Assembly (NCBI GenBank): GCA_040220235.1
Contig: JAVJTO010000070.1
Strand: one strand, 5' to 3'
Origin: Coleofasciculus sp. B1-GNL1-01
GTDB taxonomy: Bacteria > Cyanobacteriota > Cyanobacteriia > Cyanobacteriales > Coleofasciculaceae
Length of the DNA stretch: 64,000 nt
A program made the position numbers and the translations under genes. Positions 20,206 to 30,677 of the stretch are shown in pieces (the first letter of the stretch is position 1; the number at the start of each line of letters is the position of its first letter). The notes below the pieces were generated by a model. The model had not been told where the DNA came from, made no database searches, and worked only from the letters and a program-made list of their open reading frames with translations.

Positions 20206-22584
20206 ATGGGTAAACGATCGCTGTCGGCAAATGCACAGGGTATCATCCAAGCCAAAGAAGCCATGGCGCGGAAACAGTGGACTCATCAAGTGCTGGCGAA
20301 AAAAGTTGGCGTGAAGACTCGCCTATCCATCAGTAAATTTTTTGCGGGTCGTCCCGTTGAGCGACGGATTTTCATTGAGATTTGCCGACAACTGGATTTA
20401 TCCTGGCAAGAGGTGGCGACTCAGGTTCCAGACGAGAGGCTATCCCCGGCGAGGAATCCTGCGGCAAATCAGCCTGTTGAACTCAACGCCTTAGTGGCTG
20501 AGGTTCGTGCTTGCTGCCAGGATCAGATTGAGACTCAATTGGATACCGTGCAATTATGGGATGTGCCTCAACCAATTTCCCTAGCGGATATTTATATTGA
20601 TGTAGAGGTTTGGCAAGATATCCCCAACCGACGCTGGTTCGACTTGGCGGATTGGCGGCGACATTTTCAGGTGAATCGGGATCAGTTTTATGAGTTGAGT
20701 CCGGATGGAACCTCTCAGGAACGAGTGTTGGCAATGGCGGTATTGGCTAGACTTACCAACCTGATTATATGGGGGAAACCGGGAACGGGTAAAACGACGT
20801 TTTTGCAGTATGTAGCGACTCAGTGTAATCACGGCAACTTTGCCCCAGATCGGGTGCCGATTTATATTGAATTGAGGGATTTGGTGCAAGATGCCAATAC
20901 GCTGAGTTTGCTGGATTATATCTGCCAAGACTTTAGCGATCGCGGTGTCTCTGGGGAAACGGTGAAAACCTTACTCCAAGCGGGAAAACTGCTGATTTTG
21001 CTAGATGGCTGGGATGAAGTCTCCCCGTCGAGGCGTTTTTCCCTCTTTAACAAACTGCGGTGGTTCTGTAATCGTTATCCTAAAAATCGCTATGTGATCA
21101 CCTGTCGCACTGGGGCGGATTTGTATCGGTTTGGTCGATTTACTGAGGTGGAACTCGCCGATTGGACGTTGACTCAAATTAGCGATTTTGCCCAGAAGTA
21201 CTTTGTGGCGGTGGCTGGTGTGAATTGGGAGAAGGGGTTAGCGAAAGCGGCTGAGTTTAGGGTACAACTGGAGTATCCGGAAAACCGGACGATTCAGGAC
21301 ATGGCAAAAACCCCTCTATTACTCAGTTTCATCTGTCATGTCTTCCAATCCCAAGCCCATTTTCCTCGCCAACAGGCTAGACTCTATCAGGAAGGATTGG
21401 ATATTCTGCTCCAGAAATGGGATGATGGCAAAGGGGTTGAGCGAGATTCCGCTGAACAACCCTTGTCTTTGGTGAATCGGTTGAAGTTGTTGGATCAAGT
21501 GGCGTCTGTTACCTTTACTCAACAGCGGTATTGCTTTGCTCAATCTCAGGTGGAACACTATATTGGTGACTATCTGCAAACACTCCCAGATTATCAAGAC
21601 GTTGATCCAGTTGGCTTACAAATACAGAGTCAAGGGATTTTAAACGCGATTGAATGTCACCATGGAGTATTGGTAGAGCGATCGCGGCGACTCTATTCCT
21701 TTGCGAATTGGAGTATTCAGCAATACCTCACCGCTAGAGAGTTTACCACGAAAACAGCCCAAAACCCCGACGCGATCGCGGAATTAGTGACGCACTTGAC
21801 CGAACAATCCTGGCGGGAGGTGTTTTTATTCACCGTCACCCGATTGCGTCACCCTGAAGGATTAATCCAGGCGATGAAACAAGGGGTGGATCAGTTATTG
21901 ATACCGGATCAGCGGTTAGGGCAATTCGTGAACTGGATAGATCATCGCTCCAAATCTAGCCCATTATCTCACAAGTCAGCCGCCGTGCGTGCCTTTGATT
22001 TTGCCCTGGCTTTAATTTTGGATCAGGCGTTAGTCCAAACACTCAATTCATATCGGCTTAATCAACCTTTGGAAGCGCCACCGTTACAGCAATTACCCTC
22101 ATGCTTATCCTTACCCCAAAAATTGGACGTTGAGTTTACATTACCGGAGGCGTTAGCGTTTAAAACGAAGGAATATTTACCCAAGGAGTCGTTTCCGCCA
22201 CCGTTATATCGGGCTTTAATCCTTAACGCTACCCTGGATTATAGTCTCAAGTTTAACCTCGCTCTTAATCCTGAGCGTCTGGGTCAATTAGCGCGATCGC
22301 TCAACACTTTACTCCATCCGGTGTTTGAGTTTCAATCTAACCTGGAGATATTGAACCAATGGTGGTCGAATCATCGTCACTCTTGGATCGAGCGAGTCTG
22401 CTTTTTCCTGGGACAACATCACCAAGGGGAACATGATTGGCAGTTTAGCAGAAACCAGAGGCGATCGCTATGGGATTATTATGACGCCAATCAATTATTG
22501 GTGGATTGTTTAAGGATCAGTGATGATCTCAATACTCAGGTGCAGCAACACATTGAGGACGAGTTATTTATGTATCGGGAATAG
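20206..22584 (+). CDS. HTH-NACHT NTPase with conserved C-terminal helical domain
   Basis: N-terminal XRE-like HTH, GKPGTGKT, LILLDGWDE, TPLLL, C-terminal HDWQFS..YYDANQLLVDCL. Confidence 0.92.
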   Translation: MGKRSLSANAQGIIQAKEAMARKQWTHQVLAKKVGVKTRLSISKFFAGRPVERRIFIEICRQLDLSWQEVATQVPDERLSPARNPAANQPVELNALVAEVRACCQDQIETQLDTVQLWDVPQPISLADIYIDVEVWQDIPNRRWFDLADWRRHFQVNRDQFYELSPDGTSQERVLAMAVLARLTNLIIWGKPGTGKTTFLQYVATQCNHGNFAPDRVPIYIELRDLVQDANTLSLLDYICQDFSDRGVSGETVKTLLQAGKLLILLDGWDEVSPSRRFSLFNKLRWFCNRYPKNRYVITCRTGADLYRFGRFTEVELADWTLTQISDFAQKYFVAVAGVNWEKGLAKAAEFRVQLEYPENRTIQDMAKTPLLLSFICHVFQSQAHFPRQQARLYQEGLDILLQKWDDGKGVERDSAEQPLSLVNRLKLLDQVASVTFTQQRYCFAQSQVEHYIGDYLQTLPDYQDVDPVGLQIQSQGILNAIECHHGVLVERSRRLYSFANWSIQQYLTAREFTTKTAQNPDAIAELVTHLTEQSWREVFLFTVTRLRHPEGLIQAMKQGVDQLLIPDQRLGQFVNWIDHRSKSSPLSHKSAAVRAFDFALALILDQALVQTLNSYRLNQPLEAPPLQQLPSCLSLPQKLDVEFTLPEALAFKTKEYLPKESFPPPLYRALILNATLDYSLKFNLALNPERLGQLARSLNTLLHPVFEFQSNLEILNQWWSNHRHSWIERVCFFLGQHHQGEHDWQFSRNQRRSLWDYYDANQLLVDCLRISDDLNTQVQQHIEDELFMYRE

Positions 22585-22585
22585 G

Positions 22586-22781
22586 GAGATAGGGGAGATG
22601 GGGAAGATGGGGGAGATGATTCAACCCTGAGTCAGGGCGGGTTTTGTACCAACGTTAGCATCAATAGTAAAACGTGATTCCCTAAACCCGCCCCTACACC
22701 ATCACAATTTGGTCATTTGGGCGGGTTTTGTACTAACGATATTATCAATAGTGAAACGTGATTCCCTAAACCCGCCCCTAC
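22586..22781. repeat. Composite repeat: GGGGAGATG array plus two REP-like gggcgggttt...aaacccgcccctac hairpins
   Basis: Two near-identical hairpin units lie between the convergent stop codons and probably also act as a terminator. Confidence 0.85.
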
Positions 22782-25162
22782 TATTTCAATCCTAATAACT
22801 GCGCCACAATTGGTAAAACTGCATTCGCGCGATCGCTATCCAATTCCTCTTCCCCTATCCCCGGTGTCTCAACTGAGGTTCCCCGTTTAACTCGTTCACC
22901 GATTTGTCGTCGTTCAGCCGTAGAAAAGCTGGCAAAGGTGCGGCGTAATAAGGGTAATATCTCGGTAAAGGTTTCCCCCGGAAGCTGAGTAATCCAATCA
23001 TCAATTATCTGCCACAAGGTATGGTCATGTACGAGTAACAATCCACTCCCCTGCAAAAACCCTTCTATCCAAGCCGCCGCTTGAGGGGGTTCACTGGCGT
23101 GAGATAGAGCAAATTCTAACCGACGGGAGGCGTCATTTCCCTTAAATACCCCAGCATTTAATAATAATCGACAACTTCGACCCGCGAGTAACCCATTCAG
23201 GTTGGCTTGATCTGCCAGTTGCAATAACACCTGTTGCCAGGATTGTTTATACTCCTGATTATTTAACAGAGAAATCGCGTAATTCATCTGTTGGATACGC
23301 TGATCGATATGTCGCGCCGCGTCATCATCCAGAGACGCACAAGCCAGGGGTAAACCCAGACAAATCCGCGTCACCAACCCATCCACCACCGAGGTAATCA
23401 TCCGGGTATCGGTTTGGCGCACATTTCCGTAGCGTAATACCTGCGCCAATGGGAGTAACGCCTCCATTAATTGGGCGACATCTCGGTTAAGGGTGGCTTC
23501 AGTTTGCAGGCGATGCATCACCTCCGGTAAGGCATCAGGTAAGTTTGCCAATAAAACAGTTTCGACTAACTGAGTCAGACTGGGTAACGCTTGCGCCTGT
23601 TGTGCCTGATTTCGGGTGTATGCTGTCGCCGCTGTATCAATCGTATTCCCCCAAATCCCGGCTTCAATCAGTTTCACCGCAAATTCCGGATGCCATTGCA
23701 GCCGCCATCCTTCTTTAAAGGTTCCTTTCCCCCTTGTCGATTGCCGTATCCCCCAAGGAATACCGAGTAAATTGAGACGATGGAGAAGATGCGATCGCGC
23801 TAAGTCGTTCGTTTTGCGTAAATCGAGTTCATACTGTTTCTCGGTGGGATTAGCGGGGAGGCGTAAGCGTTTCTGCTGCTGCTGTAAATCTCGTTGTAAG
23901 GGAACCATGGGCGTATCATCAGGAACCTCTCCCAATCGTTCACCCACAATCAGTTGATCCTGAATTAAACCCATCGGCAGATCACTGCCAAAACAGAGAA
24001 CCGTTTGCGTGGCTTCATTTAACTCAAGCAAACCCGGTAACGAGCGATCGCGCAATGCTGCCAAAGATTCCGCTAACCGTACCGCTTCAATCATAAGGGC
24101 AGATGAGGCATCTAAATCTTCCTGACGCAACAACTGCGCCACCTTAATCAACCACCGAATCGCGATCGCTGATTGTTGATGGTTGATTGTTGATAGTGTA
24201 GGGGCGGGTTTAGGGACTTTCTGGTCACGATTGATAGTAACGTTGGTACAAAACCCGCCCTGAATCAGGGTTGAATCAACTCCCTCATCTCCCCCATCTT
24301 CCCCATCTTCCCCATCTCCCTCATCTCCCCCATCCTGATAACAATCCCACAAATGACCATACCAACCCGGCGATTCAACACCCGCCCCATAGCCACTCTT
24401 AAATGCCAGTCGCCCATAAGTCCAAGGTATCCAAGTGGCTTCAACTTTCGTTTTCGCCAATCCTTTCAGCAACGCATTATCCGCTTTCGCCGCAGGCATA
24501 TCCACCAAAGCGGGAGCGTGCCATGCACCACAGACGACAGCAATGCGTTGAAATCCTTCTTTTTGCGCCGCCCGAATCTGTTTCCGCATATAGGCTTCCC
24601 GTTGCGCTTCCCTAGGGTTATCTCTAGGGGGTATCTCTTGGCGCAACGCCGTCATTGCCGCTAAAATCGCCTCAAATACATCCGTACTCTCCTGGCGATG
24701 TTCAACTAACTGTTCCCACCAGCGTTCCCCATCACTATACCCAGCAATTCTTGCCAAATAACCCAAAGGATCATAGTAAATCTCATCCTCTCCCCCATCT
24801 ATGAAATGGGGTTTGGAGACCAAACCCCTACAACTCTCATCTCCCTCAGCCAACTGATGCACCAAAGGCAAATCCATAAACCGTACCGGAATCCCTTGAG
24901 TTAAGGCATAATCAATCCCTTGCCATTCTGGGGAAAAAATAGCAAAAGGATAATAAACCGCCCGTTGGGGTTGGTCGGGTCTATAAACCAATAACGCTAC
25001 AGGCAGTTGCATCTGGGGATGGGTGACTAACGGGAGCATCCCATCCCCATCCGGGGGACCTTCCACCAAAAGGATATCCGGGTTAAGACGATGCAGAGAA
25101 TGACAGAGCGATCGCGCACATCCGGGTCCATGATGACGTATACCAAAGATATGGATGCTCAT
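22781..25162 (-). CDS. DUF5682 / YehM-like protein
   Basis: IFGIRHHGPGCARS, LVEGPPD, YYPFAIFSPEW, VVCGAWHAPAL, GYGAGVESPGWY. Confidence 0.9.
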   Translation of the reverse strand: MSIHIFGIRHHGPGCARSLCHSLHRLNPDILLVEGPPDGDGMLPLVTHPQMQLPVALLVYRPDQPQRAVYYPFAIFSPEWQGIDYALTQGIPVRFMDLPLVHQLAEGDESCRGLVSKPHFIDGGEDEIYYDPLGYLARIAGYSDGERWWEQLVEHRQESTDVFEAILAAMTALRQEIPPRDNPREAQREAYMRKQIRAAQKEGFQRIAVVCGAWHAPALVDMPAAKADNALLKGLAKTKVEATWIPWTYGRLAFKSGYGAGVESPGWYGHLWDCYQDGGDEGDGEDGEDGGDEGVDSTLIQGGFCTNVTINRDQKVPKPAPTLSTINHQQSAIAIRWLIKVAQLLRQEDLDASSALMIEAVRLAESLAALRDRSLPGLLELNEATQTVLCFGSDLPMGLIQDQLIVGERLGEVPDDTPMVPLQRDLQQQQKRLRLPANPTEKQYELDLRKTNDLARSHLLHRLNLLGIPWGIRQSTRGKGTFKEGWRLQWHPEFAVKLIEAGIWGNTIDTAATAYTRNQAQQAQALPSLTQLVETVLLANLPDALPEVMHRLQTEATLNRDVAQLMEALLPLAQVLRYGNVRQTDTRMITSVVDGLVTRICLGLPLACASLDDDAARHIDQRIQQMNYAISLLNNQEYKQSWQQVLLQLADQANLNGLLAGRSCRLLLNAGVFKGNDASRRLEFALSHASEPPQAAAWIEGFLQGSGLLLVHDHTLWQIIDDWITQLPGETFTEILPLLRRTFASFSTAERRQIGERVKRGTSVETPGIGEEELDSDRANAVLPIVAQLLGLK
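24173..24334 (-). repeat. In-frame insertion of the composite repeat inside the DUF5682 gene
   Basis: Inverted copy of 22586-22700, translated DGGDEGDGEDGEDGGDEGVDSTLIQGGFCTNVTINRDQKVPKPAPTLSTINHQQ. Confidence 0.85.
24808..24832 (-). repeat. Second in-frame REP-like hairpin in DUF5682
   Basis: tgtaggggtttggtctccaaacccc palindrome, translated CRGLVSKP. Confidence 0.7.
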
Positions 25163-25179
25163 GTTTTCGTCTGACTCCC

Positions 25180-25530
25180 CTGCATATAGCGTTTTTTTTG
25201 TCAAATCAGCAACCGATGGCGTTGCCAAAATTGTGTCGTTGAGATCGGCGTGTAATATTTGTAGTGCTTGATCCTTAAAACTGCCAGATTGTTGGCAGAA
25301 TCAGCAATTAGAGGATTTTTTGACTCAATATATTGATAAAAGCGAATATAAACCCAATATCTCATGGTTAATTTATCTTCATAAATCATACTACAGTCCC
25401 CGCACAACGGCAAGATAAGGGTTTCCAGTTGTTTTTTAGCTGTTCACATTCCTTAACATAAAACGTATCATTTGCTTTACTTGACAGATTTAAACGGTTA
25501 ACCGACAGACTATAAAGTTTCACTTATACT
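25180..25530. repeat. Diverged intergenic duplication, copy A
   Basis: Colinear conserved islands shared with 29742-30080. Confidence 0.75.
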
Positions 25531-25890
25531 AATACCCTTTCAAAATAAAATAGGAGGATCGTCATTGGTGAATCTTGTTCCCCTTCTCCCCACGGTTCGG
25601 AGTTGGGGTTAGGGGATGAGGGGGAAAATGTCGAGGAGTAGATAGACAAATTAAATCCGGCTGATAGAGTTTCACAGCTTCAATCATTACCTGATCATTT
25701 AAGCCTAATTCAATCGAAACCTGATCACCCCGATACGCCAACTCTAAATGAGTGTGCTGGGTTAAACTATTGTATGCTGTGGCTAAACAGTAATATCTTC
25801 ATGGATGCAACCTCTAGATTCTATTGATTGACTTGAATGATGTCATGATCAATGAGAAATAAATGACATAAGATCAATGACCAATGACAA

Positions 25891-28509
25891 TTAAACTTCA
25901 CAGGTTTCACGTACCCGTTTGGGAGGTACTGAAATATCTGATTTTCGGCTTGGAGTTTGAGAAATGGGAATATCGATACAAAACTCTGTTCCTTCGCCAA
26001 GTTGGGAGAAACACTGTAATGTACCCTTGTGTGTTTCCACGACAATTTGATAACTAATCGACAATCCTAACCCCGTACCCTGACCCACGGGTTTAGTCGT
26101 GAAAAACGGGTCAAACAAATGAGTTTTAACGTTCTCAGGGATACCCGGACCCGTATCTTGAATCCGAATCCGTACCTGATCCGTCTCTTCTAGGACCTCA
26201 GTGGTAATCGTGATTTGTAACGGCGGGGATTGATCATCCAGGGCATCAATCGCATTATCTAGGAGATTCATAAACACCTGATTTAATTGCCCGCCATAAC
26301 ACTCCACCTGGGGCAATTGACCATACTGTTTGATAATCTCAATCGGAGGATGTGTCTCCTTGGCTTTGAGTCGATTACCCAAAATCAATAACGTATTCTC
26401 AATTCCTTCATGGATATCAATCGACTTGATATCCGCCTCATCCAAGCGGCAGAAATTACGCAGAGATTTCACCAAATCTCGGATACGCACCGCCCCCATT
26501 TTCAGAGACCCTAAAAGTTTGGGAAAATCTTGGATCACAAACTCCAGATTCATTGCTTCAGCTTGTTCCTGAATAGCAGCCGGGGGTTCTGGATAATACT
26601 GCTGATAAAGCTTTAATAGCCGCAGCAAGTCTTGAGCATATTGATTAGCGGGTTTGATATTCCCATAGATAAACGACACCGGATTATTCAGTTCATGGGT
26701 AATCCCGGCAATCATTTGACCCAAGCTGGACATCTTTTCACTTTGAATCAACTGCGCCTGAGTTTGTTGTAACTTCTGCAAGGTTTGCTGCAATTCCTTC
26801 GCTTGCGCCGTCGCCGTCGTTGCGGTGCTATGGGCAGAGGCATACAGTTGGGCTTGGTCGATCGCGATCGCCAGTTGATCGACAACCGCCGTCAGGAGTT
26901 CGACTTCACTTTGACTCCAGGTATGGGGTTCTCGATAATCGGTACAAACTAAAGCACCAATTTGACCGGAATTCGTTTTCAGGGGGAGAATCAGTTGCGC
27001 TGTAACCTGAGACCGAGTTAGGAGTTGCCGTTGAGCGGTATCCAAGTCTGGGTCTTTGGTGACATCATTAATCTGAATCATCTCTAAATCCTGGATGGAT
27101 TGGATCAAAGAGAGGACTTCGGGATTCGAGTAGTACCCTAACCGACTGGGTAAATTCGATTTTCGCGCCTCGTGAGTGATGGCAATACTGAGTTTTTCTT
27201 GGTTTTGGGTACGCCAGAGGAATTGACAGCGATCGAGATCTAACAAGCTGCGAACCGAGAAAACAGCCGTATCCAGAATCGTATTCACATCCAAAGAATT
27301 ACGAATCTCTCGCCCTAGATAATTGAGTAAGGCTTCCCTTTGGGCAAGGGAATGAGCTTCCTGTTCCGACGCTTGCAGTGCCTGAAACGTCTGCTTACAG
27401 TCGGTAATATCGTGATAGGTGAGGACAATCCCCGCCACACTCGGCAAACGCAACAGGTTATTGGCGATGACTTCAAACTCGCGCACCTCACCTGAGACGT
27501 TAGGTACACGCAGTTCCACTGTTACATTACGGTTGGGGGAATCCAGGGCTTGGGTTAACAGACTATCAGCGATGGGATTATCTTCATTTAAGACAAATTC
27601 CCCGATGGTTTTACCCAACCACTCCTCCGTGTCATACCCCAACACACGCGGTAAGGAGGGACTGGTATAGCGAATCATCCCCTCGCCTGTCACCACGGTG
27701 ATGAAATCAGAAGCATTTTGCAGCAACGCCTGAAACCGTTCTTCACTTTGGCGCAAGGTTTCGGCTTTTGCCTTCTCCACATTCAGGCGTAGATCAAATA
27801 AGAAGACAATTAGGGGTAATGCTAAGATAAACAACGTCGCCACACCGATAAATCGAGCCAGCAATACGTTATCAATCATTGAAGATGAAGGCAGAACAAC
27901 GGAATCTGTTGTTTGGAAGTGAACCGCCGCCACCCCTATATAATGCATCCCCGAAATCGCCAAACCCATAACAATCGAACTCGCCAGCTTGGGTAAGGTT
28001 CTCGCATCAGTCTGGATATGCCGCAATTGAAACGCTAACCCTAACGCCACAAAAGACGCCGCGATCGCAACCGCTATTGAAACCGCCACCAGTGTCAGGT
28101 TATAATGGGCGATTGCTTCTAATTTCATTGCCATCATCCCCGTATAATGCATCGCGGCAATCCCTAATCCCATAAATACACTACCCAAGAATAGTTGCAG
28201 CCACCTTATATGAGGACGAGAACCTAGCCACAACGCCACTCCAGAACCCAGAATTCCCACCAGCATTGACACCCAGACACGAGAAAGGTTGTATGATATC
28301 GGGATAGGCAGGTTATACGCCAACATACCGATAAAGTGCATTGACCAGATGCCAATCCCCATCGCCACAGCCCCCCCAGCTAACCAAAACTGGCGAGTTC
28401 GCCCTTTTGCCACGGTGACTCGCCCCACCAAATCGAGTGCGGTGTAAGACGCAATAATGGCAATAGCAATAGAAAGAAAAACGAGGTTGAAGTTATAGGT
28501 AGCATTCAT
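25891..28509 (-). CDS. MHYT-PAS-GAF histidine kinase
   Basis: MHFIGM/MHYTGM/MHYIGV repeats, PAS, GAF, H-box ITHELNNP, DPFFTTKPVGQGTGLGL. Confidence 0.95.
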   Translation of the reverse strand: MNATYNFNLVFLSIAIAIIASYTALDLVGRVTVAKGRTRQFWLAGGAVAMGIGIWSMHFIGMLAYNLPIPISYNLSRVWVSMLVGILGSGVALWLGSRPHIRWLQLFLGSVFMGLGIAAMHYTGMMAMKLEAIAHYNLTLVAVSIAVAIAASFVALGLAFQLRHIQTDARTLPKLASSIVMGLAISGMHYIGVAAVHFQTTDSVVLPSSSMIDNVLLARFIGVATLFILALPLIVFLFDLRLNVEKAKAETLRQSEERFQALLQNASDFITVVTGEGMIRYTSPSLPRVLGYDTEEWLGKTIGEFVLNEDNPIADSLLTQALDSPNRNVTVELRVPNVSGEVREFEVIANNLLRLPSVAGIVLTYHDITDCKQTFQALQASEQEAHSLAQREALLNYLGREIRNSLDVNTILDTAVFSVRSLLDLDRCQFLWRTQNQEKLSIAITHEARKSNLPSRLGYYSNPEVLSLIQSIQDLEMIQINDVTKDPDLDTAQRQLLTRSQVTAQLILPLKTNSGQIGALVCTDYREPHTWSQSEVELLTAVVDQLAIAIDQAQLYASAHSTATTATAQAKELQQTLQKLQQTQAQLIQSEKMSSLGQMIAGITHELNNPVSFIYGNIKPANQYAQDLLRLLKLYQQYYPEPPAAIQEQAEAMNLEFVIQDFPKLLGSLKMGAVRIRDLVKSLRNFCRLDEADIKSIDIHEGIENTLLILGNRLKAKETHPPIEIIKQYGQLPQVECYGGQLNQVFMNLLDNAIDALDDQSPPLQITITTEVLEETDQVRIRIQDTGPGIPENVKTHLFDPFFTTKPVGQGTGLGLSISYQIVVETHKGTLQCFSQLGEGTEFCIDIPISQTPSRKSDISVPPKRVRETCEV

Positions 28510-29068
28510 AAGTTATATCCATGTGAGTTAGATTAGGTTTTATCCCGTTGGTAGGGGTCTAAAATAGCGATAGCTTTAATCGTTGTTAAGGGTGAAACGA
28601 ATCCAACATTCACTAAAGCGTTGAATCACGGCGGTTCGTGCAGTAGGGTTTCAAATGACTCACCAACGCCAATCACCCCTGCTTTTTTTGCCTCAGCAGA
28701 AGAAATCATGACAGGTTTGCTGCTGTCTATTGCCTACAACCTCACGTTGAATCCCAAAATCTATGTTGAACCTGGCTATCTGTTTGATGCGGTTCGATAC
28801 AACTAAGTTTAGAGACAATGGGGATAGCTATTCAGTAAAACTGACTATATCTAACTGTAAGAAAAAAAACCCGTTCTTGCCATGACTCTTAAGATTTAGA
28901 TGAGACTGTATCTTAAGGCGTAAAATAACCGTTATCTACGTACATGAGAACAGGGTTATCGGGGATGGCAGGAGAATGTTGCGATCTGGCGGGAAATGTT
29001 GCGATCGCGCCTTCAATCTCCTGATCGCGCCTTCAATCTCCTATACACTCTCTCGCCTTTATTGAGGG

Positions 29069-29176
29069 TATAGCACTACGAGGATACGTTAGGATATCAG
29101 TTAATCCCAACCGGGAACCGGGAACCAAGAACTTTTAACAGTAGAAAATGTCTTAACCTGCCTTGGTAAAGCTATA
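29069..29176. mobile_element. MITE-like element with TATAGC termini
   Basis: tatagcactac..gttaggat / tgtcttaac..gctata imperfect inverted repeats; same family as 35321-35449. Confidence 0.6.
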
Positions 29177-29223
29177 AATATAGCACCAAGCGACAATTTA
29201 AGATTGAGATAATTTTCGACCTT

Positions 29224-29334
29224 ATACCAAGTTGCAGTCTAATGTAGAACTTTCTTTTTCCCCCATCTCTCCCTCACCCCATCTCCCCCTCACCCCATCT
29301 ACTCTATCTGCTATCTTTGAACGCAACTTAGTAT
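29224..29334. mobile_element. MITE-like element
   Basis: Inverted repeats ataccaagttgc / gcaacttagtat around C-rich repeats. Confidence 0.55.
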
Positions 29335-29365
29335 TACATTTATTCCTATCGACGCTGTATGGGCT

Positions 29366-29493
29366 GTAGGGGCGAGTCGCTGCATATTGTTACGAGGAAA
29401 TCCATTAATTATCTCGACTCGCCCCACTATCGTTACGAGGAAATCCATTAATTATCTCGACTCGCCCCACTATCGTTACCGGGAAATCCATTA
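29366..29493 (+). repeat. REP-derived 43-bp tandem repeat (about 2.4 copies)
   Basis: gttacgaggaaatccattaattatctcgactcgccccactatc at 29389, 29432 and partially at 29475. Confidence 0.9.
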
Positions 29494-29741
29494 TTTCGTT
29501 GAGGAATTCTCATCCTTAGTTCACCCGTTGGCACGAATAAGGTGGTGGGTTACGGCGAAGCGCCAATTAAAGGGTTTGTGTTGTGAATTAATTACCGCCT
29601 AACCCACCCTACGAATTACGGTTGATCGGGGTCTATAGGACGGCACATTTTCCCATGATATAAAAGTACCTAAAATGTACCGAAAAGTCAAGGGCTAATT
29701 CGTTTTTTTTTAGCATCAATAGTTCTGATTTTGGCTTCTAA

Positions 29742-30080
29742 TGCATACAACCTTATTCTTGTCAATTCCGCGACAGAATTCGTTGCCAAAATTAGGTCAT
29801 TGAGGGGTAGATGTAGTATTTTTGTTGTCTGACCTGAGGACTGTCCGATATAACCAATAGTTAGGGTTTGAAGCGACAGTTAGACACAAATACCTGAAAG
29901 AAGTCAATAAAACCCCAAATTATCTTAAGCTAACCGAAAATCTGATCGTACTACATTCGCCATCTCACGACAAGATAAAGGTTTCCAGGTGTTTACTTTA
30001 CTTAACATTGTCAGGAAAAACCGAATAAACTTGAGAAAATTAAAACAGAACCCTTATGTCCAAAAGGTTTGACTTATTTA
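29742..30080. repeat. Diverged intergenic duplication, copy B
   Basis: See copy A; cgttgccaaaatt and caagataaRggtttccagKtgttt islands. Confidence 0.75.
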
Positions 30081-30089
30081 GACTGAGAT

Positions 30090-30179
30090 TAAGTTCTGCA
30101 AATAGTCCTCAAACACTGACGAATGACCAATGACCAATGACCAATGACCAATGACCAATGACCAATGACCAATGACCAG
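30090..30179 (+). repeat. STRR heptamer array (TGACCAA)n with a flanking element end
   Basis: About 8 copies of aatgacc; the flank is an inverted match to 31911-31943. Confidence 0.9.
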
Positions 30180-30626
30180 TTAACCCTCCACCTGATCCCG
30201 ACGCACTCGGTAGTAAATCGCCTTCACATTAGGACCAAAGACAATCTCCTCTTCATTTTGCAGTTCATAGCTTTGGTGCTTTTGACCGTTAATTAACAAG
30301 CCATTAGAACTTAACTTCCCTTTGAGATTACCATCAACAATGCGATAGGCATCATGCCCATCCTCACCCTCTACTCGCATTAACGTGGCGTGGTGACGGG
30401 AGACAAACTGTGAGAACAGACGAATATCACAATCATGGTCTCTGCCAATGGAATAGAGTTCACCATCTAAAACAAACCGATGTCGTCCTCGGTCATCTTG
30501 AACAATGAGAACATGTCCCTCTGCAAAATCGGACGTATCAGAACTCACCGCGTCAGTAGATGACTGATCCGATGAGGGTGGGGAATCTGGAGAAGGTTCT
30601 ATGGGCAACATCTCACTTATGCTCAA
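30180..30626 (-). CDS. FHA domain protein
   Basis: YSIGRDHDCDIRL.SQFVSRHHA, SSNGLLING. Confidence 0.92.
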   Translation of the reverse strand: MSISEMLPIEPSPDSPPSSDQSSTDAVSSDTSDFAEGHVLIVQDDRGRHRFVLDGELYSIGRDHDCDIRLFSQFVSRHHATLMRVEGEDGHDAYRIVDGNLKGKLSSNGLLINGQKHQSYELQNEEEIVFGPNVKAIYYRVRRDQVEG

Positions 30627-30677
30627 GCACTACAGGTAATGGTAGCGACAGGAGTCGCCGACTGAAACAACTTGATC

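Noticed and set aside
29389..29493. Possible CRISPR array
   Set aside because: The 43-bp units are head-to-tail identical with no unique spacers, and no cas genes are in the window.
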